A stretch of 64,000 nt of DNA from Candidatus Buchananbacteria bacterium (GTDB lineage: Bacteria > Patescibacteriota > Patescibacteriia > CAIXNZ01), in NCBI GenBank assembly GCA_014729025.1, contig WJKP01000045.1:20015-84014 (forward strand). Direction: 5' to 3'. The notes under the pieces were generated by a model that made no database searches, was not told where the DNA came from, and saw only the letters and a list, made by a program, of their open reading frames with translations. The position numbers were made by a program, and so were the translations under genes. Each line of letters starts with the position of its first letter. Position 1 is the first letter of the stretch. Shown in pieces: positions 17,490 through 27,915 of the stretch.

Positions 17490-19073
17490 ATGTGTGGTAT
17501 CGGAGGTGAAGTCTTAAAAAATAAACAAAAAAAACTTATTGCTCTAAGAGCAAGGAATGCTGGTATTGCCATTAACTATCGAGGCAATGAATCTGCTGGC
17601 ATTACCATAACCGATGGGATTAACTTACGAACTCAAAAAGGCTATGGTGAATTTATTGAAGCTATTCCTTTAACCTGGGCTGAACTAAAAAAAGGATTGG
17701 CCGCAATTTTCCAAAACCGATATTCAACTACTGGTAGCGGTGTTAACCAGACCGAAAGAACCAGGCAAAAACCAATCAATCCCTTGATTGAATTTGAGGA
17801 TATGGAAGATTTGCCGGGCCTAGCCAACTGTCAACCTTTTTATTTAGACTCTGAAAAACTACGAATCAATATTGCTTTAGTGCAAAATGGCAACCTGACT
17901 AACCTTTCAGAAATAAAAACTTTTCTCGATAAACACGGGATTAATGAGTTTCTAACAGAAACTGACACTGAACTCATTGTTCGGTTAATTGTTTATTTTC
18001 TAGAAAATCCCCCCCATAACAAAGCAAAAGGCAAGCATCGTATTGTTACGGCAATAAAAACAACTATGCAAAAAATAAAAGGCGCTTATTCCTGCCTTTT
18101 GTTGACCAATGAAGGTATTTTTGCTTTTCGCGATCCTCATGGTATTCGCCCCTTAAAAATTGCTGAAACACCCGACAGTTTTATTTTTGCGTCAGAACCA
18201 GTTGCCTGGCACGGACGTGAAGCGACTTATCTGGGAAATGTCAGCCCAGGACAAATAATAGAGGCCCGAATTGGTTCAAAAACGCTTAAAACTCATCAGG
18301 GCGTAAAAAAAAGCAAAAGAGCTTTTTGTATATTTGAAGATATATACTTACAGGCTGGCTATAACGAAAAAGTTGCTGTAATTCGAAAAAAATTCGGAGA
18401 AAGACTTTTTGATTTACATGCCAAACCAGGCATTGTTATTCCGATAATGAATTCCGGTGAAATAGCCGCTTTAGGGTATCACTCTTCTCAGAGTTTAAAA
18501 TTCCCTGGCAAATCATTCTACTGGCCAGCGCTTTACAAAAATCCTCATGTGGGCCGAACTTTCTTAGAACCAGACGAAGAAGATCGCATCAAAAAGAATA
18601 AAAAGAAATACTTCACTTTATTCAAAGCTCTAAAAAAGGAGCTATATTTCCTGGCTAAGATGCAAAAGGAAATTTGGCTTATCTTTATTGATGATTCACT
18701 GGTTAGATCAAATGTTTCAAGGACGCTTATTAAAATAGTCAGACAATGCCTAAAAGAGCTTTATCCTGATATTTATGCCAAAATCAAGATTGCCTGGCTA
18801 CTTAGCTCGCCCCCCTATACACATCCTTGTTTTTATGGAGTTGATACTTATAATGTAAATGATCTTATTGCTGCTAAATTTGACAGTAATATTAAAAAAA
18901 TACGACAAAGTATCAATGCTTCTTACTTGGGCTACCTACCAATTGAAGATACATTAACTATCGCTGCAGAAGTACACGGGCTTAAATCAATAGATTTTTG
19001 TTGTGCCTGTTTTACTGGCAAATATCCAGTAAAAATAGATCCTCAACAAACTAAAATGTGTCTGGTTATTTAA
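17490..19073 (+). CDS. purF: Divergent amidophosphoribosyltransferase (PurF-like)
   Basis: MCGI Ntn nucleophile, RYST, NGNL, RDPHGIRPL, DDSLVR, and Fe-S Cys positions CIFE, PCFYG, CCACF. Confidence 0.8.
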   Translation: MCGIGGEVLKNKQKKLIALRARNAGIAINYRGNESAGITITDGINLRTQKGYGEFIEAIPLTWAELKKGLAAIFQNRYSTTGSGVNQTERTRQKPINPLIEFEDMEDLPGLANCQPFYLDSEKLRINIALVQNGNLTNLSEIKTFLDKHGINEFLTETDTELIVRLIVYFLENPPHNKAKGKHRIVTAIKTTMQKIKGAYSCLLLTNEGIFAFRDPHGIRPLKIAETPDSFIFASEPVAWHGREATYLGNVSPGQIIEARIGSKTLKTHQGVKKSKRAFCIFEDIYLQAGYNEKVAVIRKKFGERLFDLHAKPGIVIPIMNSGEIAALGYHSSQSLKFPGKSFYWPALYKNPHVGRTFLEPDEEDRIKKNKKKYFTLFKALKKELYFLAKMQKEIWLIFIDDSLVRSNVSRTLIKIVRQCLKELYPDIYAKIKIAWLLSSPPYTHPCFYGVDTYNVNDLIAAKFDSNIKKIRQSINASYLGYLPIEDTLTIAAEVHGLKSIDFCCACFTGKYPVKIDPQQTKMCLVI

Positions 19074-19078
19074 AAATT

Positions 19079-19108
19079 AAAGGGAGATCCGAATGGATCT
19101 CCCTTTTT
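19079..19108. terminator. Terminator between convergent purF and lysS
   Basis: AAAGGGAGATCC-GAAT-GGATCTCCCTTT followed by a T-run. Confidence 0.85.
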
Positions 19109-19124
19109 TATTTTTATTTAAATT

Positions 19125-20564
19125 TTATTTTTCAGATTTCATTAATGGAAATAACTGGCATTCACGAGCTGTTTTATCTTCTAAAAATGAAAACAAGCGT
19201 TCTGAAAAACCAAAACCAGCTGTTGGCGGCATACCGTATTCCAAAGCTTCCACAAAATTCTGATCGTGCATTTGAGCTTCCAAATCACCTAATTCACGCA
19301 TTTTAGACTGTTCTTCAAATCTTTCAGCCTGATCTATGGGATCATTTAATTCTGAATACCCGTTCCCCATTTCAGAACCAGCTAAAATAATTTGAAATCT
19401 TTGAACTTTATTGGGATCTTTTGGATCTCTTTTAGCTAATGGTGAAACTTCAACCGGATGATTAATTAAAAAAACAGGACCAACAATGGTTTTTCTAACT
19501 TGTTTCCATAAAATATCAATCAAACGGGCTTTTGATAAATTATTATCAAAATCAACTTTTAATTCTTTTAATTTTTTAATTAAAGCTTCTTTGGTTGACT
19601 TGGTTACATCAATCTCAAATTCTTTCTGAATAATCTTCACGTAATCAATTTCCTGCCAAGGCTGATCAAAATCCACAGTAAAACCATTAATCTCAAACTG
19701 TAATTTGTTATAAACTTGCTTTAATATATATTTATACATTTTTTCAACCAATTGCATCATCTGTTTATAATCAGCATAAGCCCAATAACATTCCATTTGG
19801 GTATAATCTTGTAAATGTTCCCGGCTAATCCCCTCATTACGAAATTGTCGGCCAATTTCAAAGGTTTTTTCAAAACCAGCCACCATTAATCTTTTTTGCC
19901 ATAATTCCCCCATAGAAATACGCAAATATAAATCAATGTCTAAAACTTTATGATGAGTAATAAAAGGCTCAGCGTCAGCTCCGCCAGGCGTAGTTTCCAA
20001 AACCGGAGTTTCAACTTCTAAAAATTCGTTTTTTAATAAAAAATCACGACAAGACTGCCAAAATTTGGCTTTGCGATAAAATAATTCTTTTAATTCTGGA
20101 TTGGCAATAAAATCCAAATAGCGCTTTCTCAACTTTAATTCTTCATCTGTTAAACCATGCCATTTTTCCGGTAAAGGCCGCAAAGCTTTGGCTAATAATT
20201 GATAATTTTTTATTTTAATTGAAATTTCACCTTTATGAGTTTTAAAAACTTCACCTTCAATCCCAATAAAATCGCCCATATCAATATTTTTTACAAACCA
20301 TTTATAATCTTCTTTACCAACTGTATCAACTTGCAAAGCAATTTGCATTTTTTGAGTCTCATCCATTAAATGACCAAAACAAAGCTTGCCCATATCCCTA
20401 ATTGTCATAAGCCGTCCAGCAGTTTTAACTTTAGTACCTAGCTCAGAATTATAAGCTTGTTTTAAACTATTTTGTTTATCAAAATTAGACGGATAAGTCT
20501 TAATTCCTTCCGCTTTAATTTTGGCTAATTTATTTAAACGATTTTGTTTCTCGTCCTGAGCCAT
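19125..20564 (-). CDS. lysS: Lysine--tRNA ligase (class II)
   Basis: LPEKWHGL, EVETP, FRNEG, NGYSELNDP, LEYGMPPTAG. Confidence 0.97.
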   Translation of the reverse strand: MAQDEKQNRLNKLAKIKAEGIKTYPSNFDKQNSLKQAYNSELGTKVKTAGRLMTIRDMGKLCFGHLMDETQKMQIALQVDTVGKEDYKWFVKNIDMGDFIGIEGEVFKTHKGEISIKIKNYQLLAKALRPLPEKWHGLTDEELKLRKRYLDFIANPELKELFYRKAKFWQSCRDFLLKNEFLEVETPVLETTPGGADAEPFITHHKVLDIDLYLRISMGELWQKRLMVAGFEKTFEIGRQFRNEGISREHLQDYTQMECYWAYADYKQMMQLVEKMYKYILKQVYNKLQFEINGFTVDFDQPWQEIDYVKIIQKEFEIDVTKSTKEALIKKLKELKVDFDNNLSKARLIDILWKQVRKTIVGPVFLINHPVEVSPLAKRDPKDPNKVQRFQIILAGSEMGNGYSELNDPIDQAERFEEQSKMRELGDLEAQMHDQNFVEALEYGMPPTAGFGFSERLFSFLEDKTARECQLFPLMKSEK

Positions 20565-20648
20565 AATTTTTATTTATTATTGATTAACTAGCTATTTTAA
20601 AGCAATTAGCTTGCAATAACTATATTCTACCTTTAATTAGGCCAAAAG

Positions 20649-20685
20649 GTCAAACCCCCGTATTTACTAAAATACGGGGTTTGAC
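20649..20685. terminator. Hairpin downstream of greA
   Basis: GTCAAACCCCCGTATTT-ACTA-AAATACGGGGTTTGAC. Confidence 0.7.
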
Positions 20686-20707
20686 TAATAAACTATCATT
20701 CAATATT

Positions 20708-21169
20708 TTAATCAATTGATAAAATTTTATATTTTATTATCCCTGAAGGAGTTTCAACTTCAACAACATCATTTTTTTTATGACCAATAAAAGCCTTGCC
20801 AATCGGTGACTCATTCGAAATTAATCCCTGCAAAGGATCTGATTCTGACGGTCCAACAATAGTAAATTCTTTTTCTTTGCCATCATAACTAGTCTTAATA
20901 GTATCACCAATACTAATAGTACTTTTATCACCATTATTATTAATAACTATTGATTTTTTTATTATTTCTTCTAATTCCCTAATTCTTGCTTCATTTAATC
21001 CCTGATCATCTTTAGCCTCATGATATTCGGCGTTTTCTGATAAATCACCCAATTTAATCGCTTCTTCTATTCGCTGACGAATTTCATTTCTTTTTTCATT
21101 TTTACGATATTCCAATTCTTTTTTTAATTTTTCCAGGCCTTCTTTTGTTAAATATTCTTCTTCTGGCAT
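20708..21169 (-). CDS. greA: Transcription elongation factor GreA
   Basis: GDLSENAEY, ISNESPIGKA. Confidence 0.97.
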   Translation of the reverse strand: MPEEEYLTKEGLEKLKKELEYRKNEKRNEIRQRIEEAIKLGDLSENAEYHEAKDDQGLNEARIRELEEIIKKSIVINNNGDKSTISIGDTIKTSYDGKEKEFTIVGPSESDPLQGLISNESPIGKAFIGHKKNDVVEVETPSGIIKYKILSID

Positions 21170-21277
21170 AAATTAATTTTTATTTTTTAAACAATATTAT
21201 AAAAATAACAAAACAAAAAAAAATCGTCAAGCCTTTATCCACATAGATACTAATTTATCAATCTGATAAAATCTTGT

Positions 21278-21562
21278 CTATTCTAATTGCCGATCTTCTA
21301 AAATAATTATATCAGTAAGTGCAATAATTTTATGATATTGATTAGCAGGAATTCTAATTTTTACCGAGGATTTAATTTTTTGTTCATCCTCGCCAATGAT
21401 TATTTTAATTTCACCTTTTAACAAATATAAAATTTCAGGATCAATATGTTTATGATCTGCGCTTATTGTCCCCTTTCTTCTTTCAATAAAATTCAATTTA
21501 TCACAATCATACATTATACCTCTTGCATCATCTTTTAATACTTTTATCTTTTTAAAATCCAT
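21278..21562 (-). CDS. Small cupin-domain protein
   Basis: HKH...E.LYLLKG and IPANQYH. Confidence 0.75.
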   Translation of the reverse strand: MDFKKIKVLKDDARGIMYDCDKLNFIERRKGTISADHKHIDPEILYLLKGEIKIIIGEDEQKIKSSVKIRIPANQYHKIIALTDIIILEDRQLE

Positions 21563-21574
21563 AATTGTAAATTA

Positions 21575-23503
21575 TTAGTCGTTTTGTAAATAATCATTAA
21601 AATACCAATTTAAAACTTCATAAGCAATTGGCACACTAACCTGACTACCTTCACCTCCTTCTTCAACTAAAACAGTAATCACCACTTCTGGATTATCATA
21701 AGGAGCAAAACCTGTAAACCAGGCGTGATTATTTTTATCTTTACGCCATTGAGCAGTACCAGTTTTTCCAGATACGGAAAAATTTAAATTATTTAAATAT
21801 TGGGCACTGCCATTTGTTACGGTTTGACGCATTGCTTGCTTAATAATATTTAAATTATCCTGATTAATAAAACCGTCTCTTAAAATTTTAGGGCTAATTT
21901 TTCTTGATTCATTTTGATTGGAAAATACTTCTTTAACCAAATGGGGTTGATACAATGTACCTCCATTAGCAAAAACAGAAGTAAAATTAGCGACTTGTAA
22001 AGGAGTCACCAATAAATCACCCTGTCCTATAGCAATGTGATAAGTATCACCAATATACCATTCTTCATCTTTTACTTTAATTTTCCAATCAGGATCAGGT
22101 ACCAAACCATGTTCTTCTCCAATTAAATCTATACCAGTTTCTTGCCCTAAGCCAAATAAATTATAATATTTTTTTAAACCCTCAACGCCTAAACCTTGAA
22201 AATCCTCGTAACCGCCGCCAATAATATAAAAATAAGTATTAACTGACCAAGCAATAGCTTTATAAACATTAGTTAAACCGTGCCCACCAGTTGCCCAATC
22301 AGGAAAAAACCAACGATCATATAACCAAAGTCCGCCAGAACTCATAAAACTAGTTCTGTCAGTAATAATCCCTTGATCTAAAGCACCAGCTGCTACAACC
22401 GGTTTAATTGTTGAACCTGAGGGATATTCCCCTTTTATTGTCCGATTAAATAAAGGCTGATCCTCATTTTCTATTAATTGTTTATAATCTTGACTAGATA
22501 TCCCTTTAGCAAACAAATTATTATCAAAATCAGGTAAACTAACCAATGCCAGTATTTCCCCATTTTGTGGATTCAACATGACCAAACTGGCTCTTTTTTT
22601 ATTCAATCTAGTCAAATAGCTGTTTAATATTTCCCTAACTTTTTGCTGAACATTTTTATCAATACTCAAAATTAAATTTTCACCACTTTGCGGCTCTTCA
22701 TAGTAAAGCACTTTTTTTTCTTGCCCCATAACATCGACTTCTACGCGTTTTTTGCCATATTCACCTCTTAAAACATCTTCATAAGCTAATTCCAAGCCGG
22801 TCTTGCCAATATAATCATTTAATAAATAATCGCTATTATATTTTTCCAATTCTATTTTTGTGATTTTACCCAAATAACCCAAAATATGAGAAAAATCAAT
22901 CGCATTATTGTATTCCCTTTGATTCCTCGTCTCTATATATAAACCCGGAATTTGTTGAGCTTTAATTTTTAATAAAAGTGCGTCTTGATAATCAATATTT
23001 TCTCTGATTGTTAAAAAATATTTAAAATTCCTAGGATACTCGTTAAGTAATTCGGCTATTTTATTTTTATCCTGATTAATTACTTGACAGATTAATTCAA
23101 TTTGCTCAGCCCGTTTTCCCGTATTTAAACTTAAATCCTTAGGTAAAATTAAAGCGTCAAAAATTGGCACATTTTTAACTAATGGCTGTTTATTTTTATC
23201 GTAAATTAAACCCCTTGCCGCTAAAACTGGTTTTTCCACGGTTCTATTTATCTCTGCTAATTGCACATAATGCTCACCTTTAACTACCTGTAATTGAAAT
23301 GTCCTGACAAATAACAAGCTTAAACCTAAAAAAATCAAAATCAAAAATATATTTATCTTTTTTTCAGATAAATGCTTGCCCAAAAATTCATCATTATTTT
23401 TATAGCTATCAGCGGTTTCCGTATTAAATTCATCATTATAAAAAAAATCTTCTTCAATTTCTTGGGATTTTTTATATTTTCTTTTAATAAAAAGTGATTT
23501 CAT
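21575..23503 (-). CDS. mrdA: Penicillin-binding protein 2
   Basis: RG.IYD, GKTGLE, catalytic GSTIK, SVN and KTGTAQ; located in the mreBCD operon. Confidence 0.93.
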   Translation of the reverse strand: MKSLFIKRKYKKSQEIEEDFFYNDEFNTETADSYKNNDEFLGKHLSEKKINIFLILIFLGLSLLFVRTFQLQVVKGEHYVQLAEINRTVEKPVLAARGLIYDKNKQPLVKNVPIFDALILPKDLSLNTGKRAEQIELICQVINQDKNKIAELLNEYPRNFKYFLTIRENIDYQDALLLKIKAQQIPGLYIETRNQREYNNAIDFSHILGYLGKITKIELEKYNSDYLLNDYIGKTGLELAYEDVLRGEYGKKRVEVDVMGQEKKVLYYEEPQSGENLILSIDKNVQQKVREILNSYLTRLNKKRASLVMLNPQNGEILALVSLPDFDNNLFAKGISSQDYKQLIENEDQPLFNRTIKGEYPSGSTIKPVVAAGALDQGIITDRTSFMSSGGLWLYDRWFFPDWATGGHGLTNVYKAIAWSVNTYFYIIGGGYEDFQGLGVEGLKKYYNLFGLGQETGIDLIGEEHGLVPDPDWKIKVKDEEWYIGDTYHIAIGQGDLLVTPLQVANFTSVFANGGTLYQPHLVKEVFSNQNESRKISPKILRDGFINQDNLNIIKQAMRQTVTNGSAQYLNNLNFSVSGKTGTAQWRKDKNNHAWFTGFAPYDNPEVVITVLVEEGGEGSQVSVPIAYEVLNWYFNDYLQND

Positions 23504-24024
23504 GTCTTTATTAAAAAAGCTAAATTTAATCTTTTATACGTAATTTTGGCAATAATAAAAATTAAAGCCATTAAACTTAAATTTAATATTATTTGTTTTA
23601 CAAAAGAATCGAGCAAAAGTCTATCCATTGTTATATAAATATTAGATAAATTAAATAAATAAAACAAAAATGAAAATAAAACAATAAATATAAAATAAAA
23701 TAAAGTGGATAAAGAAATCAGTATCAAGCTAGTATTAAAAGATAAATTAATAAAAATATTTTTATATAAAAAATTAACCAATAATAAAACTAATAAAAAA
23801 ATTACAATAAAACTACCGATTGGCAGAAATGAATAAACACTTAAAAAAAGTCCGATGAAAATTGCAAAAATAAAACCCAAATTAAATCCCCAAATTATTG
23901 TAACAAAAATTAAAAAAACCAATAATAAATTCAAATCACTCAAAACCCCAAAAGCGCTCAAAACACTTTGCTGAATCAAAACCAAAAAGAAGGATAAAAA
24001 TAAATAATATAAATATTTAATCAT
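23500..24024 (-). CDS. mreD: Rod shape-determining membrane protein MreD (by position)
   Basis: Multi-TM protein between mreC and mrdA. Confidence 0.7.
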   Translation of the reverse strand: MIKYLYYLFLSFFLVLIQQSVLSAFGVLSDLNLLLVFLIFVTIIWGFNLGFIFAIFIGLFLSVYSFLPIGSFIVIFLLVLLLVNFLYKNIFINLSFNTSLILISLSTLFYFIFIVLFSFLFYLFNLSNIYITMDRLLLDSFVKQIILNLSLMALIFIIAKITYKRLNLAFLIKT

Positions 24025-24835
24025 TACTAAAAAATTTAGGAATTATAACACTTAAAAAAGTTATTTCTTCATAATCAACCAAAGGGCTAATTGTCACTGA
24101 TTTAAACAAATCATTTTCATGACTAATTATCCTATTTACTTTACCCAAAATTAAACCTCTGGGAATATTTTTTTCTAAACCAGAAGTAATTATTAAATCA
24201 TCTTGTTTAATTTCTAAATCTTGCGGTATTAAATCTACTTTAATGCTTAAACCAAATTCACCTTGAGCTAAACCAGTTGTTTTATTAGTGTCAATTTTAC
24301 TAATTGCCAATTGACTTAAATTATCAGTAACAAGTAAAACAGTAGAGAGATTATCCCTTACTGAAATTGTTTTACCAATAATTATACCATTATCAACAAC
24401 TACCGGGTAACCTTCTTTAATCCCTTGCTGACTGCCTTTATTAATTAACAAGGTATTATCTTTATCCATATCTCTACCGATCACCTTAGCTGTTAAATAA
24501 TCAAAGTCATTTTCTTGAAAATAATTCAAAAGCTCTTTTAATTTCTCATTTTCTAACTTATAAGCCTTTAATTGACTATTTTCATAAATTAGCTGATTCA
24601 ATTCACTTTGTAACTGCTCATTTTCACTTTTAAAAGCCTGGGCTTCTTGGTAATTAATAAAGGAAAATCTTAATTTGGTTAAAAAAGTGTAGGTTTCATG
24701 CTGCAAATCAGTTAAAACTCTTAAAGTATAATATTCTGGTTTAACCAAAACGCCTAAGTAATGTAAAAAAATAAGCAGTACAATAACTGCTAAAATATAA
24801 ATTTTTATTTTACGATTTTTTCTTTTCTCAATCAT
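24017..24835 (-). CDS. mreC: Rod shape-determining protein MreC
   Basis: TM plus coiled coil (ENEKLKELL), INKGS..G, ITSGL..PRGL. Confidence 0.92.
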   Translation of the reverse strand: MIEKRKNRKIKIYILAVIVLLIFLHYLGVLVKPEYYTLRVLTDLQHETYTFLTKLRFSFINYQEAQAFKSENEQLQSELNQLIYENSQLKAYKLENEKLKELLNYFQENDFDYLTAKVIGRDMDKDNTLLINKGSQQGIKEGYPVVVDNGIIIGKTISVRDNLSTVLLVTDNLSQLAISKIDTNKTTGLAQGEFGLSIKVDLIPQDLEIKQDDLIITSGLEKNIPRGLILGKVNRIISHENDLFKSVTISPLVDYEEITFLSVIIPKFFSND

Positions 24836-24842
24836 ACATTAA

Positions 24843-25895
24843 TTATAACTCATCTTCCTGCGATGCCGACGAAGTAATTTTCTTTAATAAATCCAAATCA
24901 TCCAATAAATAACCCGTCCCCCTAACTACTGCGGTTAAAGGATCATCAGCAACATATACAGGAATTTGTGTAGCCCTAGATATAGCCTTATCTAAACCTT
25001 TTAATAGCGCCCCACCGCCAGTTAAAAGAATTCCTCGTTCATAAATATCAGCCACCAATTCCGGCGGAGTAATTTCCAAAGTCGCTTTAATATTGTCAGT
25101 TATTGATCTGATTGATTTTACTAATGCTTCCCTAATTTGCTCGTCACTGACAATAATTTCTTTGGGTAATCCGGATACCAAATCTCTACCACGCATTTGA
25201 GTTTCTAATGGCTGTTTTAATTCAACAGCTGAACCGACTTTCATTTTAATATTCTCAGCAACTCTTTCACCTAAAAGTAAATTAAATTTATTTCTAGCAT
25301 ATTGAATAATATTTTTATTCATCTCGTCACCGGCTATTTTAATGGTTTTCCAAGTAACAATGCCGCCTAGAGAGATGACTGAAATCTCTGTTGTACCACC
25401 GCCAATATCAACCACCATGTTCCCCAAAGCATCCTCTATTGGCAAACGACAACCAATGGCAGCTGCCATAGACTCTTCTACCAAATAAACTTCCCTGGCA
25501 CCGGCTGAAATCGCTGCATCTTCCACGGCTTTTTTTTCAACTTCAGTAACATCCAAGGGAATACCAATCACAACTCTGGGGCGCGGTAATAAATAAAAAC
25601 CTTCTCTATGAGTTTTATCAATAAAATATTTTAACATTTTTTCCGTAACTTCAAAATCAGAAATAACACCATCAACCAACGGCCTAATAGCTGTAATATG
25701 CCCCGGTGTTTTACCAATCATTTTTCTAGCTTCATCACCAACAGCTAAAATCTGATCATTTCTTATATTGATTGCCACAACTGAAGGTTCATTAATTACA
25801 ATTCCCTTATCTTTAACATAAACCAAAGTATTAGCCGTACCTAAATCAATACCAATATCTTGTGAAAATCTGCCTAATATGCGATCAAATATCAT
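24843..25895 (-). CDS. mreB: Actin-like rod shape-determining protein MreB
   Basis: GIDLGTANT, EPSVVA, VDIGGGTTE, LTGGGALL. Confidence 0.97.
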   Translation of the reverse strand: MIFDRILGRFSQDIGIDLGTANTLVYVKDKGIVINEPSVVAINIRNDQILAVGDEARKMIGKTPGHITAIRPLVDGVISDFEVTEKMLKYFIDKTHREGFYLLPRPRVVIGIPLDVTEVEKKAVEDAAISAGAREVYLVEESMAAAIGCRLPIEDALGNMVVDIGGGTTEISVISLGGIVTWKTIKIAGDEMNKNIIQYARNKFNLLLGERVAENIKMKVGSAVELKQPLETQMRGRDLVSGLPKEIIVSDEQIREALVKSIRSITDNIKATLEITPPELVADIYERGILLTGGGALLKGLDKAISRATQIPVYVADDPLTAVVRGTGYLLDDLDLLKKITSSASQEDEL

Positions 25896-25902
25896 AAATT
25901 TA

Positions 25903-27159
25903 TTATTTTAAATTATCATTTAAATATTTAACGACTTTCTCAAATTTTATTAATTCAATATTATCATTGGAACGTTTCTTTAATTCAACACTTGCTTGCT
26001 TCAGTGTTTTATCACTAATTACTAATCGAACTGGCAAACCTATCAAATCAGCATCATTTAATTTAATTCCTGGAGATTCCAAGCGATCATCAAATAAAAC
26101 CTCATAACCTGATTGAGTTAATTCATTATAAATATCTTCAGATTTTTTAATAAGCCGCTTATTATCTGATAATGCCAGCAAATGAACTTGATAAGGTGCC
26201 ACACTGACTGGCCAAATAATGCCTTTTGCATCATTATTTACTTCCACCAATGTCCCCATGATTCGACTTAAACCAATGCCATAACAACCCATAACAATAT
26301 CTTTTTTCTGACCATTTTCATCTATATAATTAAAGGCAAAATCCTTAGAAAAACGATTGCCTAACTTAAAGATATTACCAGTTTCAATAGCCTTTGCTTC
26401 TTTAAATTTATCCTTAGATGCCTTACATTCTTCACATTCTTTTATTTCGGTTATTATTTCCTTATTATAAGCCAAATTACAATTTTCGCAAATATAAATA
26501 ATATCTTCACCATTATCAGCTAAGGTCTGGAATTCATGAGAATATTTGGTAAAAACGCCGCCTGAAGCAAAAGTCCAATAAGTTAAATCTTTTAAACCTA
26601 ATCTTTTGAAAATTTTAAAATAAGATAATTTGACTTTTTGATAATAGTTGTTTAAATCGGCTTCATCCTTATGAAACGAATACAAATCTTTCATTAAAAA
26701 TTCCCGGCCACGCAACAAACCAGATTTTGCTCTTGGTTCATTACGAAATTTATCCTGGATCTGATAAATATATTTCGGTAAATCTTTATAAGAAAAAATA
26801 TTTTTTTTAACTAAAGGGGTAACAACTTCTTCATGGGTAGCACCCAAAGCATATTCTTTATTATCATGCCCCTGCAATTTAAATAAAGCGTCAAACCCTT
26901 CCCAACGATTAGTTTTTTCCCAATTTTGCTTAGGAGTTAAAGCCGGCATTAAAATTTCCTGCCCACCAATCTCGTTCATTTCTTGTCTGATTATATTCTC
27001 AATTTTAGCCAAAACTTTAAGCCCTAAGGGTAAATAAGTATAAACTCCGGTAGTTAATTTATCAATAAAACCAGCTCGGATTAATAATACTGCATTTAAG
27101 CTTTTTTCATCCCCTTCTATTTGTTTTTTTGTTTTAGTTAATAAAAAAGATTGTCTCAT
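25903..27159 (-). CDS. proS: Proline--tRNA ligase (short form lacking the editing insertion)
   Basis: THEE, KFRNEPRAKSGLLRGREF.MKD.YSF, MGCYGIG, DADLIG.P. Confidence 0.93.
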   Translation of the reverse strand: MRQSFLLTKTKKQIEGDEKSLNAVLLIRAGFIDKLTTGVYTYLPLGLKVLAKIENIIRQEMNEIGGQEILMPALTPKQNWEKTNRWEGFDALFKLQGHDNKEYALGATHEEVVTPLVKKNIFSYKDLPKYIYQIQDKFRNEPRAKSGLLRGREFLMKDLYSFHKDEADLNNYYQKVKLSYFKIFKRLGLKDLTYWTFASGGVFTKYSHEFQTLADNGEDIIYICENCNLAYNKEIITEIKECEECKASKDKFKEAKAIETGNIFKLGNRFSKDFAFNYIDENGQKKDIVMGCYGIGLSRIMGTLVEVNNDAKGIIWPVSVAPYQVHLLALSDNKRLIKKSEDIYNELTQSGYEVLFDDRLESPGIKLNDADLIGLPVRLVISDKTLKQASVELKKRSNDNIELIKFEKVVKYLNDNLK

Positions 27160-27548
27160 ATTTTTAAACTTGGTTTAGTTTTATAGCTCATAAAAAATAA
27201 TTCCAATAAAGTAAAGGCTAAAATTAATAAAATAATATTTTTCCAAGCCAATAAATCAAGGCTTTTTAAATGCAAGCTGATAATAATTAATAAAGAAAAC
27301 CAAATCGCCTGGCGAAAAGAGATAATAACTTTTTTTAAAACTAATTTTTCTTTAGTAAAAATTAGCCTAACAAAAAGACCAAAAACAGAAAAACTGCCAA
27401 TTAATGTTAAAAATAAGCTTAAATAAAAAAATAATAATGCCCAAATTCCACCGGCAAATGGATCAAAAAAATAAACTACAGCTAAAAAAGCTAACAAACA
27501 AGCAATTGTAGCTAATAACATTAAAAAAATATAACTACGCAAAGACAT
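27156..27548 (-). CDS. Hypothetical 4-TM membrane protein
   Basis: Hydrophobic ORF; ATG at 27548 (MSLRSY) preferred over the longer start in the track. Confidence 0.7.
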   Translation of the reverse strand: MSLRSYIFLMLLATIACLLAFLAVVYFFDPFAGGIWALLFFYLSLFLTLIGSFSVFGLFVRLIFTKEKLVLKKVIISFRQAIWFSLLIIISLHLKSLDLLAWKNIILLILAFTLLELFFMSYKTKPSLKI

Positions 27549-27618
27549 ACTTAATAATATTAAGTCTTTAAAAATATATCTTAACTTTAGCAAATTTTAT
27601 AAATTTTAGCAACTGCTA

Positions 27619-27909
27619 TTAAACAGTAAATTTAATATCTTTCAGTAATTCTTCTTCAAATTTATGATTTATTTTTTCAATTATGTTTTGCTTATAAAAA
27701 ACGAATTCTTGAACAATAACACTACTCAAACAAGCTACTATTAAAATTTTATTTTTAATATAGAGGGGTTTTACTTTTTGAGAAATATTTCCCCCTAAAT
27801 CATCCTGTATTAATTTTTCAAATTCTTTAATTACTAAAGCTGTTTTGACATTTTTATCAAACCCTGATTCTTTTAAGCGTCTATTTAATAAATTTTTTAT
27901 ATGCTGCAT
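27619..27909 (-). CDS. DUF721/DciA-like protein
   Basis: KPLYIKNKILIVACLSSVIVQE...IIEKIN...DIKF pattern. Confidence 0.65.
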   Translation of the reverse strand: MQHIKNLLNRRLKESGFDKNVKTALVIKEFEKLIQDDLGGNISQKVKPLYIKNKILIVACLSSVIVQEFVFYKQNIIEKINHKFEEELLKDIKFTV

Positions 27910-27915
27910 ATCAAC

